The notes beneath the pieces are model-generated. The model had not been told where the DNA came from, did no database searches, and saw only the letters and a list, made by a program, of their open reading frames with translations. 64,000 bases of DNA from Nitrospinaceae bacterium (GTDB lineage Bacteria > Nitrospinota > Nitrospinia > Nitrospinales > VA-1), in the NCBI GenBank assembly GCA_023271875.1, contig JALPWY010000001.1, positions 6,091 through 70,090 of the forward strand. Reading direction: 5' to 3'. A program made the translations under genes and the position numbers. Positions 61,438 to 64,000 of this stretch are shown piece after piece; position 1 is the first letter of the stretch, and each line of letters starts with the position of its first letter.

Positions 61438-62103
61438 TTAAACCATCGCTACTAGTTCTCGAACGGTCTCCTCTATACCCTCTGCCACTTCTGAAATACT
61501 TTTACCCAACATGTAAGCAGGAGAGGTGATAATTTTATTTTCCTTATCTATAACAATTTTCTCCACTTCGCAATCTTGATGCTTGCTGCCTAAATTTTCT
61601 ATCTTCTGACTCCAATCTTTGTCATTACCGATTGTCAAGGTGGGAGATGCCGATTCATTTTCAAAAATTTTAGCGTACATAGCTGGTGCAATACATACCG
61701 CAGCCTGTGGTTTTTGTTTATTTTGAAATTCTCTAACAAGACGACTCACATCTGGATGTACTTCAGCATCCTCGCCCTTCACTGCCATAGTGCACAAGTT
61801 TTTTGCCGCACCAAACCCACCAGGAAACATTAAAGCATCGATGTCGTCCACCTTCACCTCACTAATATCTTTTATATCGCCGCGGGCGATACGTGCGGCC
61901 TCGACCAAAACATTTCGCTTTTCTCCTGCAACCTCTTCCCCGGTAAGATGATTCACTACATGCATTTGATCAACGTTCGGCGCCATACATACAGCTTCGG
62001 CGCCAGCGCGATCAATGGCAAGAAGAGTTATGACCGATTCATGAATCTCTGTTCCGTCATAAACCCCGCAACCTGAAAGAACCACCCCAATTTTCTTTTT
62101 CAT
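61438..62103 (-). CDS. elbB: Glyoxalase ElbB (DJ-1/PfpI/ES1 family)
   Basis: VLSGCGVYDGTEIHES, RNVLVEAARIARG, PGGFGAAKNL, CIAP, SPAYM. Confidence 0.93.
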   Translation of the reverse strand: MKKKIGVVLSGCGVYDGTEIHESVITLLAIDRAGAEAVCMAPNVDQMHVVNHLTGEEVAGEKRNVLVEAARIARGDIKDISEVKVDDIDALMFPGGFGAAKNLCTMAVKGEDAEVHPDVSRLVREFQNKQKPQAAVCIAPAMYAKIFENESASPTLTIGNDKDWSQKIENLGSKHQDCEVEKIVIDKENKIITSPAYMLGKSISEVAEGIEETVRELVAMV

Positions 62104-62184
62104 ATTTCCCTCCTAATTATGTTTAGGCTAAAAAATAAGACCTCTGATGTTTTGCTGAAAAAATTAAAGACAAAAAATAACAAC

Positions 62185-63996
62185 TTATGGTTCATAGCAA
62201 TTGGTAATAGGCAAACGACGGTCTTTCCCAAACGCCTTAGGTGTAATTTTTATTCCGGGGGGACCTTGTCTGCGTTTATATTCACTATTGTCTACCAATT
62301 TAACTATTTTCTTAACTTCTTTCATGGGAAGTCCCATTCCCCTGAGCTCTTCCATTCCTTGATCTTCCTCTATATATCGGGCCAAAACTTTGTCCAGCAA
62401 TGAATACGGTGGCAGAGAATCTGTATCCTTCTGTCCTGGCCGCAATTCTGCTGATGGTTCTTTCGTAATAATTGTTTTTGGAATTAGGGCATAACCCTCA
62501 TTTTTGTTAATCCATTTCGATAATCGATATATCCATTTTTTTGGAACATCTTTAATAACGGCAAATCCTCCTGCCATATCACCATACAAAGTACAATAAC
62601 CAACACTGAATTCGCTTTTGTTCCCGGTAGTCAACACGAGCCAGCCCATTTTATTCGAAAGAGCCATCATTAAGTTACCTCGAATTCTGGCCTGTAGATT
62701 TTCTTCAGTAGTATCCGAAGGTAAATTTTTAAATACTTTAGAAAGAATTTTATCGTAGACCAGCATAGCTTCTTTTATTGGGAGTGAAATAATACGTATA
62801 CCCAAATTTTTTGCCAAAGCTTCTGAATCGTCAATACTTCCTCGCGAGGAATAACTAGAGGGCATGGTAATACCCACTACATTTTCTGATCCGATTGCCT
62901 TAGTAGCTATTACTGCTGTAAGAGCTGAATCAATTCCGCCACTCAAACCGACGGCCGCCTTACCAAAATCATTTTTTTTCATATAATCTCGGGTGCCAAG
63001 AACCAATGCCTTGAAAACTTCTTCTATCGACTCCATCTTACGGACCCGACGCTTTATGATAACCGGCTTTCTCTTATTGTTTGAAATAGCAGGGACATGG
63101 TATGTTCTGATCGATGAATTTATCAATTTTTTTAAATTTTGTTTTTTAGTCTTAGGATAAATTTTTAAATCCGCATAAATCATTTCCTCTTCAAACGCAT
63201 TGCCTTTTGCTAAAAAAGTCCCGTCCGGAGCGACCACAAGGCTGTGGCCATCAAAAACCAACTCATCCTGACCGCCTATCAAATTGGCATACACCACATG
63301 CGCTTTGTATTGGCGAGCACGTTGGCGAATCATGTTCTCACGTGTTTTACCTCTCCCTTTAAAATAAGGAGAGGATGAAATATTAATTAGAACATCCGCC
63401 TGCCCTTCTTCGCAAACCTTTTGGCCAGGCCCATTCACCTCCCAGATATCTTCACAAATACTTAAACCTATCTTTATTCCATTCATCACAAAGCAAGTTG
63501 GTTCATTACCCTCTATAAAATATCTTTTTTCATCGAAAACTCCATAGTTTGGAAGAATCATTTTTCTATAATTTCCAACAACCTTTCCTTTATGAAGCAA
63601 TGCGGCAGAGTTATATAAGCTTTTTTTTACTTTTTCAACATAACCAACAGCAGCTACAATTCCTTTCACGCTTAACGCCAAATGCTTTAAAAATTTTTTG
63701 TTTTTTGCAATAAAATCATCCTTAAGAAGTAAATCTTCCGGTGGATAACCTGTCAATGCAAGTTCTGGAAATAAAACCAGGTCGGCTCCAAATTTGGTAG
63801 CCTCCTTGAGACAACTTTGAATACGATTTACGTTGTATTTAAAATCTCCCACAACCGCATTCATCTGGGCAACGGCTATACGGAGATTCACCTGAGAAGA
63901 AGTTTGGCTATCTAGAGCCTTTGTCTTCCTCTGAATTTTCTCAGTAGCCCTTTTTTTTGATAGCGATTTTCTTTTTATCTTTCTTTCCCTCTCCAT
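62185..63996 (-). CDS. nadE: Glutamine-dependent NAD+ synthetase
   Basis: Glutaminase domain (FPELALTGYPPEDL, LPNYGVFDEKRYF, ICEDIW) plus synthetase domain (LSGGIDS, ENLQARIRG, TGNKSE, PSAELRPGQ, EYKRRQ); start uncertain. Confidence 0.95.
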   Translation of the reverse strand: MERERKIKRKSLSKKRATEKIQRKTKALDSQTSSQVNLRIAVAQMNAVVGDFKYNVNRIQSCLKEATKFGADLVLFPELALTGYPPEDLLLKDDFIAKNKKFLKHLALSVKGIVAAVGYVEKVKKSLYNSAALLHKGKVVGNYRKMILPNYGVFDEKRYFIEGNEPTCFVMNGIKIGLSICEDIWEVNGPGQKVCEEGQADVLINISSSPYFKGRGKTRENMIRQRARQYKAHVVYANLIGGQDELVFDGHSLVVAPDGTFLAKGNAFEEEMIYADLKIYPKTKKQNLKKLINSSIRTYHVPAISNNKRKPVIIKRRVRKMESIEEVFKALVLGTRDYMKKNDFGKAAVGLSGGIDSALTAVIATKAIGSENVVGITMPSSYSSRGSIDDSEALAKNLGIRIISLPIKEAMLVYDKILSKVFKNLPSDTTEENLQARIRGNLMMALSNKMGWLVLTTGNKSEFSVGYCTLYGDMAGGFAVIKDVPKKWIYRLSKWINKNEGYALIPKTIITKEPSAELRPGQKDTDSLPPYSLLDKVLARYIEEDQGMEELRGMGLPMKEVKKIVKLVDNSEYKRRQGPPGIKITPKAFGKDRRLPITNCYEP

Positions 63997-64000
63997 ACAC

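Overview
A low-GC, gene-dense segment of a Gram-negative bacterial chromosome. Gene content suggests Nitrospinota (a Nitrospina-like marine nitrite oxidiser); this is an inference and no rRNA is present to confirm it. Most genes are housekeeping: mdh, glnD, pheA-tyrA-cmk-rpsA-sppA-ihfB, aroC, rpoH, fumC, nadA, pyrF, smc, elbB and nadE. The main feature is a complete non-actinobacterial tagging/proteasome operon, arc-dop-ubact-prcB-prcA-pafA (31112-37445, minus strand). Its 58-aa UBact modifier (34175-34351, ending RTGQ) is missing from the ORF track, and its ATPase lacks the GQYL/HbYX docking tail. Other features read from the DNA and proteins: decayed lexA and arsC remnants (9948-10661); a G8 frameshift in the last ACT domain of glnD; tandem NrdR-like boxes 31 bp apart before an unusually short smc; a purple-acid-phosphatase-like enzyme with altered metal ligands; a pair of unknown secreted paralogues; an orphan PhnE with an inserted soluble domain; a 27-aa LRR protein; and a glycan-tailoring cluster with three radical SAM enzymes. 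I saw no rRNA, tRNA, CRISPR array or transposase.
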